A program made the translations under genes and the position numbers. Below, in pieces: positions 14,369-38,063 of a stretch of 64,000 bases of DNA. This DNA comes from Flaccisagitta enflata (taxonomy: Eukaryota). Position 1 is the first letter of the stretch. The number at the start of each line of letters is the position of its first letter. Location of the stretch: assembly GCA_965153355.1 (NCBI GenBank), contig OZ231126.1, positions 10,726,001-10,790,000 on the forward strand, read 5' to 3'. The notes beneath the pieces are model-generated. The model did no database searches, had not been told where the DNA came from, and saw only the letters and a list, made by a program, of their open reading frames with translations.

Positions 14369-15269
14369 TTTTCGCGCTTTGCACGTCTGAAAGGCAAGAT
14401 ACTCTCAAGAACTTTTCAACATTAGTGATACTTTCAAAGAACCTTTTGATGGGAAGTGGCAGCCATTCCCGTCTCAACGTAGTGGCAATCGGAGTGGCGG
14501 TTGGAGTGAGGCGGTCGCCTTCAGCAACAACCCAAGCCAATGATTGGGACCTTTTTGCGGCGTCGCTCTTCAAACGATGCACATGCCGAGAAAATGGATC
14601 GAATACCTTCTGAAAGGGGAAGAAACTGATTTGTTGTGAAGCAGGGGAAATGATTTACAAAGCAACCGAGTTACAAGTTTTCTTTTTCTAAAACTTTTTT
14701 CTTCTTCCTTTCGTGTTTGATGGTTTTGGTTATGGCGTCATGGCAAAGTTGAAATTAAACAGATTTTTGACTTGTCCGGCCGTGACAAGGAAATGAAATT
14801 TTTTGAAGTGAAGTTTTCCGTCATTCAAGTCAGTCATCAAGTAAAGTCGGGTACCCCTCCACGCACGCACACATTTGGATTTTTCACGGATCTTATTTTC
14901 CATTGAACCAATATCAAACTTCCATTACCACAAAGAAAAAGTAGTCATTCTACATGTGATTTTTTTTTTTTGTTTCTGTTTCTTCTAGAGTTGAAAGTTT
15001 ATTGATTTTTTTTTTCAAGGGGACGCAGGAAGAGGGAGAGCGCAGGTAAAAATAAAGAAGAGAGTAAAACGTCAATTCAAGATATTAAGTGAGTAAAAAA
15101 AAGAGGGATTCAAGTCAAGAGAGATGGGGAATCGCGATGTACTAAAACGAAGGGATATTTATAAAATGTACAAGAAGTTGGAAACGCGTGAGGGAAATTT
15201 GAAGAAGTGACAACTTCCCCAGAAACAACTTCCCCAAATACCATTTTGTAGCGTCGGTGGATGATGAGT

Positions 15270-16576
15270 TTAGTTGTCATCTGACGAGTTATCTGAACTG
15301 TCGCGATCATCATGGTTGACGTTGTTACGGTGAGAACGATCGTAATCGCGACGGGACTCATATCGAGAGCAATCGTAATCGCGGGAACGGTCGTTGTAGT
15401 TGCGGGAGTGGCCATCATTATCGCGGGTATGGCTATCATGATCGCGGTGGCGGCTATCGTAATCGCGGTGACGGCTATCGTAATCGCGGTGACGGTAATC
15501 GTAATCGCGGTGACGGCTATCGTAATCGCGGTGACGGCCATCGTAATTGCGGTGGCGGTCATCGTAGTCGCGGTGGCGGTCATCTAAGTGGCGGTCATCG
15601 TCGCGGTGGCGGTCGTTGTAGTCGCGGTGGCGGCTGTCGTATTGGGAATGGCGTTTGGCATGATCTCCAGGGCGGTGATCATCAACATTGTCTCGAGGAT
15701 GGCGTCCATCGTAGCGTCCATGGCTGTTACGAGGTCGGCAAGGATGAGGTTCATCATCGTCGCTGTCAGAGGATGAATGATGATTGTCATAACGGCCAGG
15801 AGGATGGCGTTTATCGTGACATCCTTCGCGGTCATGTGATGGGCGACGAGCATGACCGTCATCATGGCCTCTATAAGAAAACGACTGGTGGTTTAGCTGC
15901 TTGAGCTCAGATTGAAGTCCATTCATCTGGAGGCGACATGCTTTAAAGGACACTTCCAAAGCGTCGAGACCATCGTGAAAAACAACTGCCGCTGATGCAC
16001 CTGCAGTGTCAGCGGATGAAGCAACTGGTCCTTGATCTGCGAGAGAAGTTTGGAGGCGAAGAGCTACTTTTTTGGCATTGTCAATTGACATCGCATCTTC
16101 GTCGCAACCGAGGTCAATTTCCTGACGGTAGATTTGGGGCAAAGCTCCTCTGAATCGAAAAAAAATTCATCCTCCCAGTTGGCCTGTTTCTCATGGATCA
16201 TGACGGCGTTTTTGACCCTAGTGGCAAGAGCATGGAAACTTTCTTTTCCATCCCATTTGATGGAATTTTTATTGATTCGCCATTTGTACTTTTCCTGTGG
16301 GTCAATAAGCAGGCTTTGGAGCTCAATCTTGAGTTCCTCCCAATCATCTTTGATGCAGTTTTTGAGAACGTCGCGAGATGTGGCGTCCAGTTTGATTGGC
16401 AGCCATTGTTTGCAGAGGAATTGTAGACGCGCCGGCGTTGTTGCACCTGTTGCAACAGTGACTCCATTTTCAAGCAATGGCAGCCATTCGCTTAAAACAT
16501 GTTTTCCAGATTGAAAATTCTCAACAGGGATGGATGTTGCAGGAGTCTCATTTGCATCTGGCGCTGGATCAGGCAT
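15270..16576 (-). CDS. gag: Retrotransposon Gag (capsid-like), ~435 aa if one frameshift at the T8 run (16158-16165) is corrected; Arg/His/Asp repeat tail
   Basis: ORFs 16064-16576 and 15270-16142 join as ...WEELKIELQSLL...KWDGKESFHALATRVKNAV...EFFF/RFRGALPQIYRQEID...SIDNAKKVALRLQ, resembling Ty3/gypsy capsid motifs. It lies just downstream of the PBS. Confidence 0.75.
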
Positions 16577-17124
16577 TTTGGAAGAAGATATACCACGTTC
16601 CCGATGTTCAAGTGTTTTAAAAACGAATGTTTTTGTAAGAACGAGTTTTGAATAAGAACAATTAAAAGATTACCTAAAACAAACCCTAAAGCACGACTGG
16701 GGCCCCAAAAAAGAAAAGTCATATATCGTGGCGCTGTTCCGTGGGAAAGGAGACGAAATCCACTGGTGTTCCACAAGCCTGCACCTGATCCCTCACGACT
16801 GCAGGGGTCGAAGTTATTGGCGGGACAAGTATACTAGACAGTTGAAGACGTCTGAAGAAGAAGTATTACCAGCTGGATTTAAAGAGAGGTGGCGAATGTA
16901 CCAGGCAGCGACTGGGACACAGGTCGGGCACACTGCCACGAGGAGGCACTAGAGTAGGAAGGGGGAGACCTACTGCATAGGCCTCCCTGTGCACTTAGCG
17001 GGAAGATTGAGCAGGCACTTTGGAACCTGACGTAAAATCGTTGATCGTCTAGCAATCCGCGAATATAGTCGCCAACTTGACAAAGACTGACTCAGAATAT
17101 GGAAAGGGTAGTACAAAGGGCTCA

Positions 17125-17141
17125 AGTCGGCCGGTGTACCA
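17125..17141 (-). promoter_or_regulatory. Primer-binding site-like sequence
   Basis: Minus strand TGGTACACCGGCCGACT begins 1 nt inside the 5' LTR. The priming tRNA is not certain (loosely Gly-like). Confidence 0.6.
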
Positions 17142-17142
17142 C

Positions 17143-17636
17143 TGTTAGGGACAGAATCTTGCATGCCCCCACACTTCCAAGCGCAAGCCCATCCTCACCA
17201 TGGCGAAGCGGTCCAAGGTCTAGGAGGGTTACTTGAGGCGCTTGGGCATGCCTGCCATGTCTTGACAAAAGGAAGAGTCCGTTGGATATTGATAGGATTG
17301 TATTGCATCTAGGAGAGGGAACAGGCTCGAAGTAGTTACGGTGCTGATGGCTGATAAACGGTGTTGATTATTGAAGACTACGCGGACAGCTATACTACCC
17401 TATACAGGGGCCCCAGTGATACCTCATACAATGTAAGGAAAAGGAGAGAATATGGTTAACGATGCATCGGTGCATAAGAATGACAATAAGGTTAATGATC
17501 ACTGGGTCTGATATTATGACACAGAAAGAGCTAACAATGAATGAAGCTATGACTACTTCACGGTAATATTCATCAGATTCCTCCATGGCATTGATAGAGT
17601 CCAGCCATGCTACTTTACAGTTTTTCATCCCTTACA
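17143..17636 (-). repeat. 5' LTR
   Basis: Direct repeat of 11622-12115, adjacent to the PBS. Confidence 0.95.
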
Positions 17637-17891
17637 GTAGCAGAGGTGCCAACTGCAGTGGCATTAGCAGTGTCAACAACAACACTAGGGACGTTTACAA
17701 CAACGAGATCAGCATCATCAGCAACAGCATTAGCGACAAAAACGCTACAAAGCAGCAACAGCAATACAATGACAACGACACAAAATAAACTCAAACCCGG
17801 TTTACAAATTCCATCGACATCATCCAAAACAACAACAAAGACAGAATCAAAAACTAATCTCGAAGAAAGCAACAACAACAACAATAAAAAA

Positions 17892-17932
<41 letters not shown>

Positions 17933-17943
17933 TCAACAAAAGT

Positions 17944-18113
<170 letters not shown>

Positions 18114-18184
18114 AAATAAAACAACAACAACAGCAACAAAAACAACAACAACGACATTAACAACAAAAATAACAACAAAAACAA

Positions 18185-18237
<53 letters not shown>

Positions 18238-18260
18238 GCAACAACAACAACAACAACACC

Positions 18261-18302
<42 letters not shown>

Positions 18303-19439
18303 ACGCTAGAGGCTAGTAACCGGCAAAATGAAATAAACGGTAGAAACTTTGCAGAAAAAACGTAAATCCAAAAAAACCAAAAACCCAAAAACCATAACAA
18401 CAATAAAAGAACACCAGCTACACTAGCGCCTAAGAGAGCTCCAGCAGTGAAACCAGGACAAACTAGAAATCCATTATAATTTGATTCCATCAACTTCTTC
18501 TTGCGGTTGCTGTAAAGAGAACAGCAACAGCCTCATCAGCAGCAACAGCCTCACCAGCAGCAACAGCGACAGCAGGAGCGGCCGCGGTATTAAAGACTAT
18601 AGCATCAGCGACAACGGCAACAGCAGCAACATCGTCCCCCACGTTCGTAACGAGAACCCATTGTCACCAGACTTCAAATCCAATCCATTTCACTCCGTAA
18701 ATACCGACCGTCGTAAACAACGAGCCGTTTAAAAATATCTTCAACTTCGTCAGCGTCATCTTGAGCCTCTCCAACACTCTGCGGCTGCGGCTTCAAAGGC
18801 AGTTTCGAAACGGTCTGCCGCATTCCAACGCCTCGATCTACGCATGTCAAAATCGTGTGTCGGCCACTCCAAGTCGATCTCCGCTCGTCCAACATCCCGA
18901 CAGTGCATCCTGAGGACCGTGCTGTGGTAAAGTATCAACGAGTTCATCCTAACAACGTCAAACATGGTGGAGAACTCCATCTCTGAAAGCGCCTTTCGCT
19001 CGATCGACCCATCAGTATATAAGCCTCAAAAACGGCGCGAGGAAGTCAAGATTTCAATCACTACATAACTTGGTCTCGTTATCATCATCAATGTGTCAAA
19101 GGTGTCATGCACATCTCTCCAGTCGCGGCAATCCCCTCGCCAACTGCATCCATGACACACACCCGCTGGAGGATCTTTGCACAGATCATGGATGGTTCAT
19201 CACATCTGCGCAACAACTTCACACATCCACGGATCATCGGCAGCTACATCTACTGATACCATGACTTTACTTCCGATGCGCCAAACGAGACATCATCTGC
19301 AGCCGTCACGGTCAAATAACGGATATTTCTTTTTATGTAAACTTGAGTGACCACATCAAACTCTTTTTGAGGCAGCCAGACAAAAAGAAGACAAATATAT
19401 TTGAATGTTTTATTTATCTTTATTTTCCTTTTTATTTTT

Positions 19440-19742
19440 TTTTAATGCTTTCATTTTTTTTTCTTTTTTTTTAATTATTCTTGGACGCTGCGCTCCTTCC
19501 GATCTCCGCGAACTCGATTTCGAGACGCTGCGCCTCCTCGGCGTTTTCGCGGTAGGCCTTTGCCTTTTGTCCGCCGGCGGTCGCCGTTCCCGTTTGATCT
19601 CGGTGGGCGAGGTTCTTCCATTTTGCTATGAATAATAAAATAAGTAACAGATTCTCTTCATTGATCTACAATGTCATGTCAAGTCAAGTTATGGCTAACA
19701 TAGGCGTCTTGTTGAAAAGAATGTAGGATTGAGTGAACTAAT

Positions 19743-19838
<96 letters not shown>

Positions 19839-20476
19839 TAAACAGACAGACAGACAGATAGACAGACAGAGAGGAAGGTTTTATTTCGCCGTACGGCCCT
19901 AAATATTTGTCATCGTTTTACCCTAATGGAATCCGCGCTGAACGGCTTCCGTCCGGGGGCCATTCTCACCTTGAGCGCATCGGCCAGGGCTGTCGCAATG
20001 GCCTCCGTCTCTCCTTGCATCAACTCGCGATGCTCCATCTCCTTCTGGGCGTCCTTGGCGGCACGTTCTTCCCACCATTTGAAATTTACTTTCGAAGACA
20101 GTCTACACGCTGTTCTGAAATGGAAGGGAGTAAATTGTAACAGTAACCAGACAACCGACGATTTCCAATGACGCGTGATATTTAGTCTGCAGCAAATGAC
20201 CTGCCATATTAAAAGAAAAAAAAGATCATACGGTTACACGGTAAAATACTCTTCTCTTTCTCACGAGATTCTACAATCCCCGCGAAAATCACCCTCGAAT
20301 CAATTGCGCTCGCATAAAAAAAAATCTCTTCATTGATTATTGAAGCTTCCTGAGAAAAAATTCCAAATACTGCCAATAAAGAAACGTTTCTTAATGCTTT
20401 AAGTGAGGATAACTTACGACTGGTCTCGGCGGGGGGAGCAAAAACTCCGACCACGTCGTCTTCGTTGCTGGCGTGG

Positions 20477-20514
<38 letters not shown>

Positions 20515-20607
20515 GCCGGTGTTTCCGGACGTCGCGCCTCGTCCTCTTCCTCTTCCTCGGCCTCGAGAGCCGCGACCGCCGCGACCGCCTCCACGTCCAC
20601 TCGCCAT
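19440..20607 (-). pseudogene. Small spliced gene of unknown function (RGG/poly-Asn N-terminus), probably decayed
   Basis: GT-AG exons 20418-20607 (MASGRGGGRGGRG..), 20232-20349 (phase-compatible but with 4 stops), 19970-20114 (KWWEERAAKDAQKEMEHRELMQ..) and an Arg-rich exon ending at 19625. Confidence 0.45.
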
Positions 20608-22079
20608 CGGCGCCGAAGTCGGCGCCTCAGCATCGGCATCGGCGCCAAATAGAAGCGAAAGGTTATAATCTAAACAACAAAATCGAAACACACTTAAAGA
20701 TTTGAAAAAAACCCCGAGGATTATGTACAATATCGTACGCGTGCGGCTGGGCAAGAAAGTATTTACGTGTTTCCACACATTTTGATTCAAGCGTTTGACG
20801 GTATGACGGTTGAAAATCATTGAAAATTTACAAAGCACGCAGCAAGCGACCGAAAAAAAGAACCACAACAAGGAAAAAAGGAAAATGATAAATTTGGTGT
20901 TATAAGTACCTACTTTCCATGTGAAAAACAACAACAACAATAAAAACCAAGAGAAAAAACGAAAACATCGATTTTATCGGTAAATGTGGAGTGAAAAAAA
21001 AAACGGAGCCCCGGCTGGTGCAAGAAGAAGGAATGAATATCTATGACGTGAGAACAGACTTCGGTGCCACTAGAAGAGGAAAAGCGTGCACTGGCCGCAG
21101 ATTTGGAAGAAGACAAAATCACGCATGAGTACTGCGAAGTGTGAACCGAGCTCAAAGGCATCTACACAGATTCTATTGCTGCTTCTTTCGTGTTATCAAA
21201 AGCTGTTCATCCGCTTTTAAACGCGGCGTCGCCTGAAATATCGCCTTCGGAGAAAAACCTCAGTCTCAGTCACCTCACCAACGCCTTCAGCAGTGTCAGC
21301 AGCGTCAGCAGCTTCAACGAGTCATTCCGACTCCCCACGTGCGTCAATTTGGTCAGTACTTCTCGTGCTACTGTGTCTCGACCTCCCCCACACGACGGCA
21401 GACCCCCACCGACCCCCAAAAAGCTCGTCGACGCGACCTCAGGCGCCTCCAGGGAAGCTGTAGAAGTGACAAAACACTTCACAACAAATTCCTCAGCTCC
21501 ACGATATCCCAGGAAGCTGAAAAGTGCTGGGTAGATGAACCTCGACGTCCTCTAACTAATTCGACCGATACAGACGACCTCGGACACCTCCCAACACCTC
21601 GTCACCGCCATTAACAGCAGCAGCAGCAGTTTCCGGACTCCACAACGCTTTAGCGACGCTCCCCAATGACTTCAAACTCGTTGAGCATCGTCCTCTTGAC
21701 TTCCTCTGTCCCCCCATGAGTCAACCGAACCTTCCCAGAGCCTCCAACCGATTGTCGATGACATACTCCAAGCATCCGCATCTGCAGCCGCAGATTGTCG
21801 TGGAACCGCTGCGACCACGAGCCTGAAATTCTCGAGAGTTGAGTAAGGTTGCCATATGTGAGATGTCACTTAACGCCAACTTTCGCCGCGAACTTCCGAC
21901 GTGGTTGTCAACTGCTTCTCGAACAGCACGTCCACTATTTTTGCCCTGTCTCCCAAAAGGTTCGAGATACGATGACGAAATTTGATACACAGACTCGACA
22001 TGACATCCTCTATCAACTCATCACGACATTCCTCCGTCAATCTACATAATTCTTCAAGAAAAAAAGAACCAAAACTAAA

Positions 22080-24480
<2,401 letters not shown>

Positions 24481-24994
24481 TGGAGAAGGAAGAAAGAAAG
24501 GTAGATAGGAAGTATGAGGGATGGGATGATTATCAGTTGCGAGAAATGAAAACTTGATTGACGGCAGGGATAAAGATCCTTTCAAGCTTCCGAGAAGCAT
24601 ATGAGAAGCATATGAGCTTTCTAAAGAGATATCCAACATTTCCGAGAAGCGCCGCTTCACCACAATTTGAATGCCTGATTGACGGACAGAGCAGACAAAG
24701 CAACAGAGACTTTTTTCCCGCTCCTCAAGATTTCCTATCCAAACCCGTCAAAAGAGCGTTGCTCTTTTGTTTGTTTAGGTTTAAAAAGAGCGACGATTGA
24801 TGTCGTTTTACGACGAAAGGGAGGGAGGAAGGGAGGGAGGAAGGGAGGAAGGAAGGAAGGAAAGAAGGAAAGCAGTAATCAAAGAGCGGAATAAAGATTC
24901 AGATAGAAGGAGGAGGATGAGGAAGGAAGAGAAAGAAAGAAAGAAAGAAAGGAAGAAAGGGAAAGAAAGATAAAAAGGAAAGAAAGAAAAAAAG

Positions 24995-25065
<71 letters not shown>

Positions 25066-26603
25066 GAAAAGAAAAAAAAGAAAGAATAAAAGAACGAGAT
25101 GATCTACAAAAAAAAAAAAAAAAAGATGATCTACGAAAAAAAAGAATAAAAAAGAAAATCGATTTGGAAGCAAATGTTTCCTCAACATTTACGCTGTCGT
25201 CTGCAAATCGAACTTAAGACGAGAATTTTCAAACACCGGAAATGAGTTGACGTGGAATCTCAGGTCAAGAAGAAATTGGCTAGTACTAAGTTCTGAGTAA
25301 CGCCCACGTCAATGAAAGCCGCGTGATATAGAGAAAAAAACCCATGGCAACGCGCATGATAGCAAAAAAGGCAAGATCTCATGAATGAGTGAATCGCGTC
25401 GCTGGAAATGAGTGCGGGAAAAAGCATGTCACGTAATGACAAAGATGAAAAACAACACGGCCAGGAGATGTCCAATAGATGCGTCCTCTTTAGATGTAAG
25501 TTATTTTAAAAGATACAAATTATACGGAAATACAAGAAAATAAGATTTAATGATATGGAGATATAAAGATTGAGAAAAAGACGAGGAGATATGAAGAGAC
25601 ATGAAGAGACATGTGAGACATATGAGGCATAAGTGAGGTAAGAGAAATAAGAGATAATGAGAAATAAGTGACATAAGAGAAAAAAGAGTCATAATAGACA
25701 TGTAGGAGACATACAGGAGAAAAAAGAGACAGAAAAGAAAATAAAAGAGACAAAGGAGACAAAAGCGACGAATGAGACATAAGAAATATAAGAGACATGA
25801 AGAGAAATAAAGAGATATAAGACGTCAAATCTGCCAGAAAAAAATGAGGTGCTTCACCCCACTTTTGCATTAATGATGGATTAATTATCCATCCACAGAT
25901 GTTTTCTTTGCTCAAGTTGTCACTTGATACACTTGATATGTATGTCTGTTGCATATTTTATGCTTCTAGTTGCCTTTTGAAAAGTAATTCTCAAGGAAAA
26001 TGGCAAGAAAATAAAGATTTTGAGGGAAATCTATTGACATTTTTTTCTATTTTCTGAGGTCGAAATTATACAAAGCCACACTTGTAGCAAGAATTTTGCA
26101 TTTTCAAACATAGGGTGTTCTCAGAAACGATTTAGGAAGAGAACCATGTTCTTTGTTTTTTCATTTTTTCATTTTCTATGCAAACTTATAATTTCGACCA
26201 ACCCCTTGTCAGTGACAAAAAAGAAATTTGTAGAAATTTTCAGTAAATCTTCTTCAGTAGTATAAGCTAAATCTGAGTCTCTAGTTAAATGGATGCAAAT
26301 TTTGCTTTCAGATATCATGCATGTCATATTTGAATCACTTTTATTCACTTGTTTTTCTACTTTCAATTGTGTATTTTTTCTATTTTTACCAATTTTGATA
26401 CCCTAAATGTTGGCTTCGTGGGCACGCTGTCATAAAGAGAAATCAAGAGATATAAAGAGAAATTAAGAGAAAACCCTTAAAATCGTGATTGGAAATTTCC
26501 GCGTTACCTAGGGACCAAGGGACCAAGGGACCAAGGGACATGCGCATCTAAAAACATAGACAAAAATTGAAAAATAACCAAAGCAAGAACAAAAAAGGGA
26601 AGT

Positions 26604-34993
<8,390 letters not shown>

Positions 34994-35050
34994 CTTTGGT
35001 GACAAATAGGGGATGATTGATTATTGCATAATGTTCCGTTCACCGAACAC

Positions 35051-35132
<82 letters not shown>

Positions 35133-35489
35133 CATTTTCGTTTTGCATGAGTAGCAAACCCAGGATACGTTAGCATTCCTCACTCCTCCTTCTCTTCCTC
35201 CTCCTTCTCTTCCTCCTCCTTCTCTCCCTCCTCCTCCTCCTCCTCCTCCCCCCTCCGACGCACAAAGTAGGGAAAAATTATGGGAATTCAAATCACAAAG
35301 CCGGATACACGCTCCATATCGGTCGCATTCGGGTGGGGCGGCGAGAGGGGGGGGGGCGTGCAGGGGACAGGGGGGGGGAATGCATTCTCATCATCACTGA
35401 AGGATCTACCGAGTCCGTTAGTCCGCGACTAAGAATAAATGTTTCTCTTAATAGCACTAAGATATATGATACTCACTCGTTTATCGCTT

Positions 35490-36406
35490 ATGACTAGTGT
35501 TATGCTAAGCCGACCGTGGACGGGATGAAATTCGTCAATTTTACATGTTTGAAAATTGAACAAAACCATATGTCATCATGTAGCTCACCTATTCTTACAT
35601 ATGAATCCATACTTGGATTTTCTTAAGTAAGCTCATTTTTCATGCAAATTAGGCTTAAATAGATATTGTTGGCAGTTTTATTACTAGAAAATTTAGCTAA
35701 ATACAATCACAAAATCAATATGACAGTGAAATTCTTATTGATAACGTTCAAGCAAACATGTGTGATCATGTTTCTGAAATTTTTTTGAATTTTTTTAGTT
35801 TTTTAAAAAAATCTCTATAAGTAGCATTTCTGGCTGGGTGGGCTGTTGGAAGAAAAAAAATTTCCCCATGCTCTTTTTTATGCCAGTGACGAGGAATCTT
35901 TAAAGGAAGCTTCATGCAAAATTTCAACCAGATCGGTCAATTATTTTAGAAGTTATGCCATTTTTTTCATTTTTTTATCTGGTAGGCTGGTTGGTCTGGT
36001 TGAACTGTTCAACATTCTCTAGGTTGCATCAGAATTTAGGCAAAGGAGTCTCTTGATCCAGATACCAATCATGCAAAATTTCATTGGGCTAACTCAAATA
36101 GTTTCTGAGATATGCAAATTTGAATTTTGTGAAATTTTACCAAAATAAAACTTAAAAGCATCACGCACTTGTGTGAGAAGCGCTGTGTGGAAACGAAGAA
36201 TTAACTACAAAGCTTGGTCGGCGAGCGTTACAATTCAATTCTTTTTTTTGTAGTGATCATCTTTGAAATTTCACTGTGACCAAACGATTTGGAGTTAAGA
36301 GTTGAAATTTTAGGTGCAAGTACAGAATTTGATTTTCTTTCCCATCATGAAGATGAATTTTTCGTCACTTATGTTACTATGCCGTGGCATAGTATGAATC
36401 ATAGTG
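35490..36406. mobile_element. Putative non-autonomous DNA transposon remnant
   Basis: Right end reads CACTATG on the minus strand, with weak inverted similarity to 35492-35550 and internal repeated CATGCAAAATTTCA. Left end and TSD are unclear. Confidence 0.35.
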
Positions 36407-37897
36407 TGACACAAGTGTGACAGCTACAACAAGGAGCACCTCTGAATTGTAACGCTCCAGGAAAATGCTTATTTCTTTTGAATAGAATGGAAACAAGGTC
36501 ATTAGACCTAAGTCGCGTGCGTCGGCACTTTCAAAAAAGTCATGCAGACAGACAGACAAACTTTTTTTTTCATAAAGACATTTGAAAAAAGCTGTTTACT
36601 ACTCCAAGCTTCTTCTCCACTACTTAGAGACGTTTAAAACGCAATAAAAAGCCTTTAAAACGACTTTGTGACGGACCGACCGACGGACGGACAGACCGAC
36701 GGACCGACGGACGGACCGAAAAGTGGCTTATAGAGTCGCGTAGCACGCGACTAAAAATCCTTGAAAATCGGAGGAAAGGTCCTCCAACTAGTCCTTAATA
36801 CAATGGAAAAAGAAAAAAATGCTTAATGTTTGAGTAAAGATAGGCCTACGAAAAAAACTTTCTACCTAACTCATTTTTAGAAAAAAAATGACAGAAAAAT
36901 AAAGGGGAAGAGTATCATAATTCAAATTCATTTTTTGTCATCTTACAGTTGAAATATTGAATTCAAACTTTCTACACATATCAATGGATTGATAGTGATT
37001 GCTTACAAGCTATTGAATGACCCCCATTGACATTTTTTGATTGGTGAAACTTGCGCTTTGCTTGCTGGGACAGAATCGGGACAGGCCCTAATAGACCCTT
37101 CTACCCCTGTTTTGGACCCCATAGGGGCAGTCGGTGTGGCAAATATTGGTTGAGTATGGCACACCAGATAGTTAGGTATGTCACCCAACCTTTGTGACCT
37201 TATGCAATTCAGCAGAAGAAGCGATGACACTTCTACAATGACGGAGAGTCAGGGTTTCTCGCGCGCATGACGAAACTCGGAATCAGCCTTATACTATCTT
37301 TCAGCCAAAGAAAATGAAATAAGAAAAAACAGGTCGCCCAAGGGCAATATGTGGTCAGCGATACAAGAAAGAGCAACAAGCTCGACACGAACACGCATCA
37401 GTTTGTCGACGCAGTAAAGTTGACCTACGGAAGAACACCAACTATCATCGGGCCAACCAGCGACACAGTTCAAATGGAAGGAAAAGTTAGGAGCCTCCTA
37501 GAAGTCGAAGCTGAACTGACTTCGACTTTCGAATTGCCGGAAGAAACACCAACACCGAACTTTCAAGCAAAGAAATAGACTGCTCCGACGACAACCAGAC
37601 AGACGAGCCTAACTTACCAACCAATTACTTCGAGGATGATATCGACCTCTTAGAATCTCACTGTCTTACTTCGTCAACACGGATTGAGCCTTGCTCATCT
37701 TCATGTGCATCAATGAACAATGATTGCGATTACGAACACGAGCACGAGGACTCTATTTCATTTGCCCCGCTTATCACAGACAAAACATTTTTAACACTTA
37801 TTCAAGAAACTCGTTCATTTGTACAGAGTGAAACAGATTCTAACTCCGATCAGCCTGTTTCATCTCCAGCAAAAAAGAAAGCAAAGTCTTAAACATA

Positions 37898-38063
37898 CAC
37901 TTTTTAATTTTATAAGAACCTAGTTTATAAGAACATCATGCCTTGAAAACAGTCAAAAATTAAGAACATCGTAGTTATTTTACTAGTAGCTATCTCTATC
38001 TCTTTTGAAAGCTTAAAAAAAAAAAAAAAAAAAAAAATGACGTTCTTATAAAAATAAAAAGTG
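37898..38063. mobile_element. TA-flanked MITE related to 13780-14368
   Basis: TA|CACTTTTTAATTTTATAAGAAC ... GTTCTTATAAAATAAAAAAGTG|TA. Confidence 0.8.

Larger units (their letters stand above)
11622..17636 (-). mobile_element. LTR retrotransposon, non-autonomous (gag only), Ty3/gypsy-like
   Basis: Two 494-bp direct repeats with TG..CA ends, 4-bp TSD GTAG (11618-11621 and 17637-17640), TGG-starting PBS, purine tract and Gag ORF all on the minus strand. No pol seen. Confidence 0.93.

Noticed and set aside
18790-19070. Faint resemblance to Helitron RepHel motifs (ETVCRI, LQVDL, RVHP..GELHL)
   Set aside because: Motif spacing is too short, stops are present and there are no helicase or Rep catalytic motifs; not supportable without a profile search.
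37300-37892. Coding-like fragment with GRPR and a PAKKKAKS end
   Set aside because: The frames are broken with no recognisable domain or clear splice structure; possibly TE debris.
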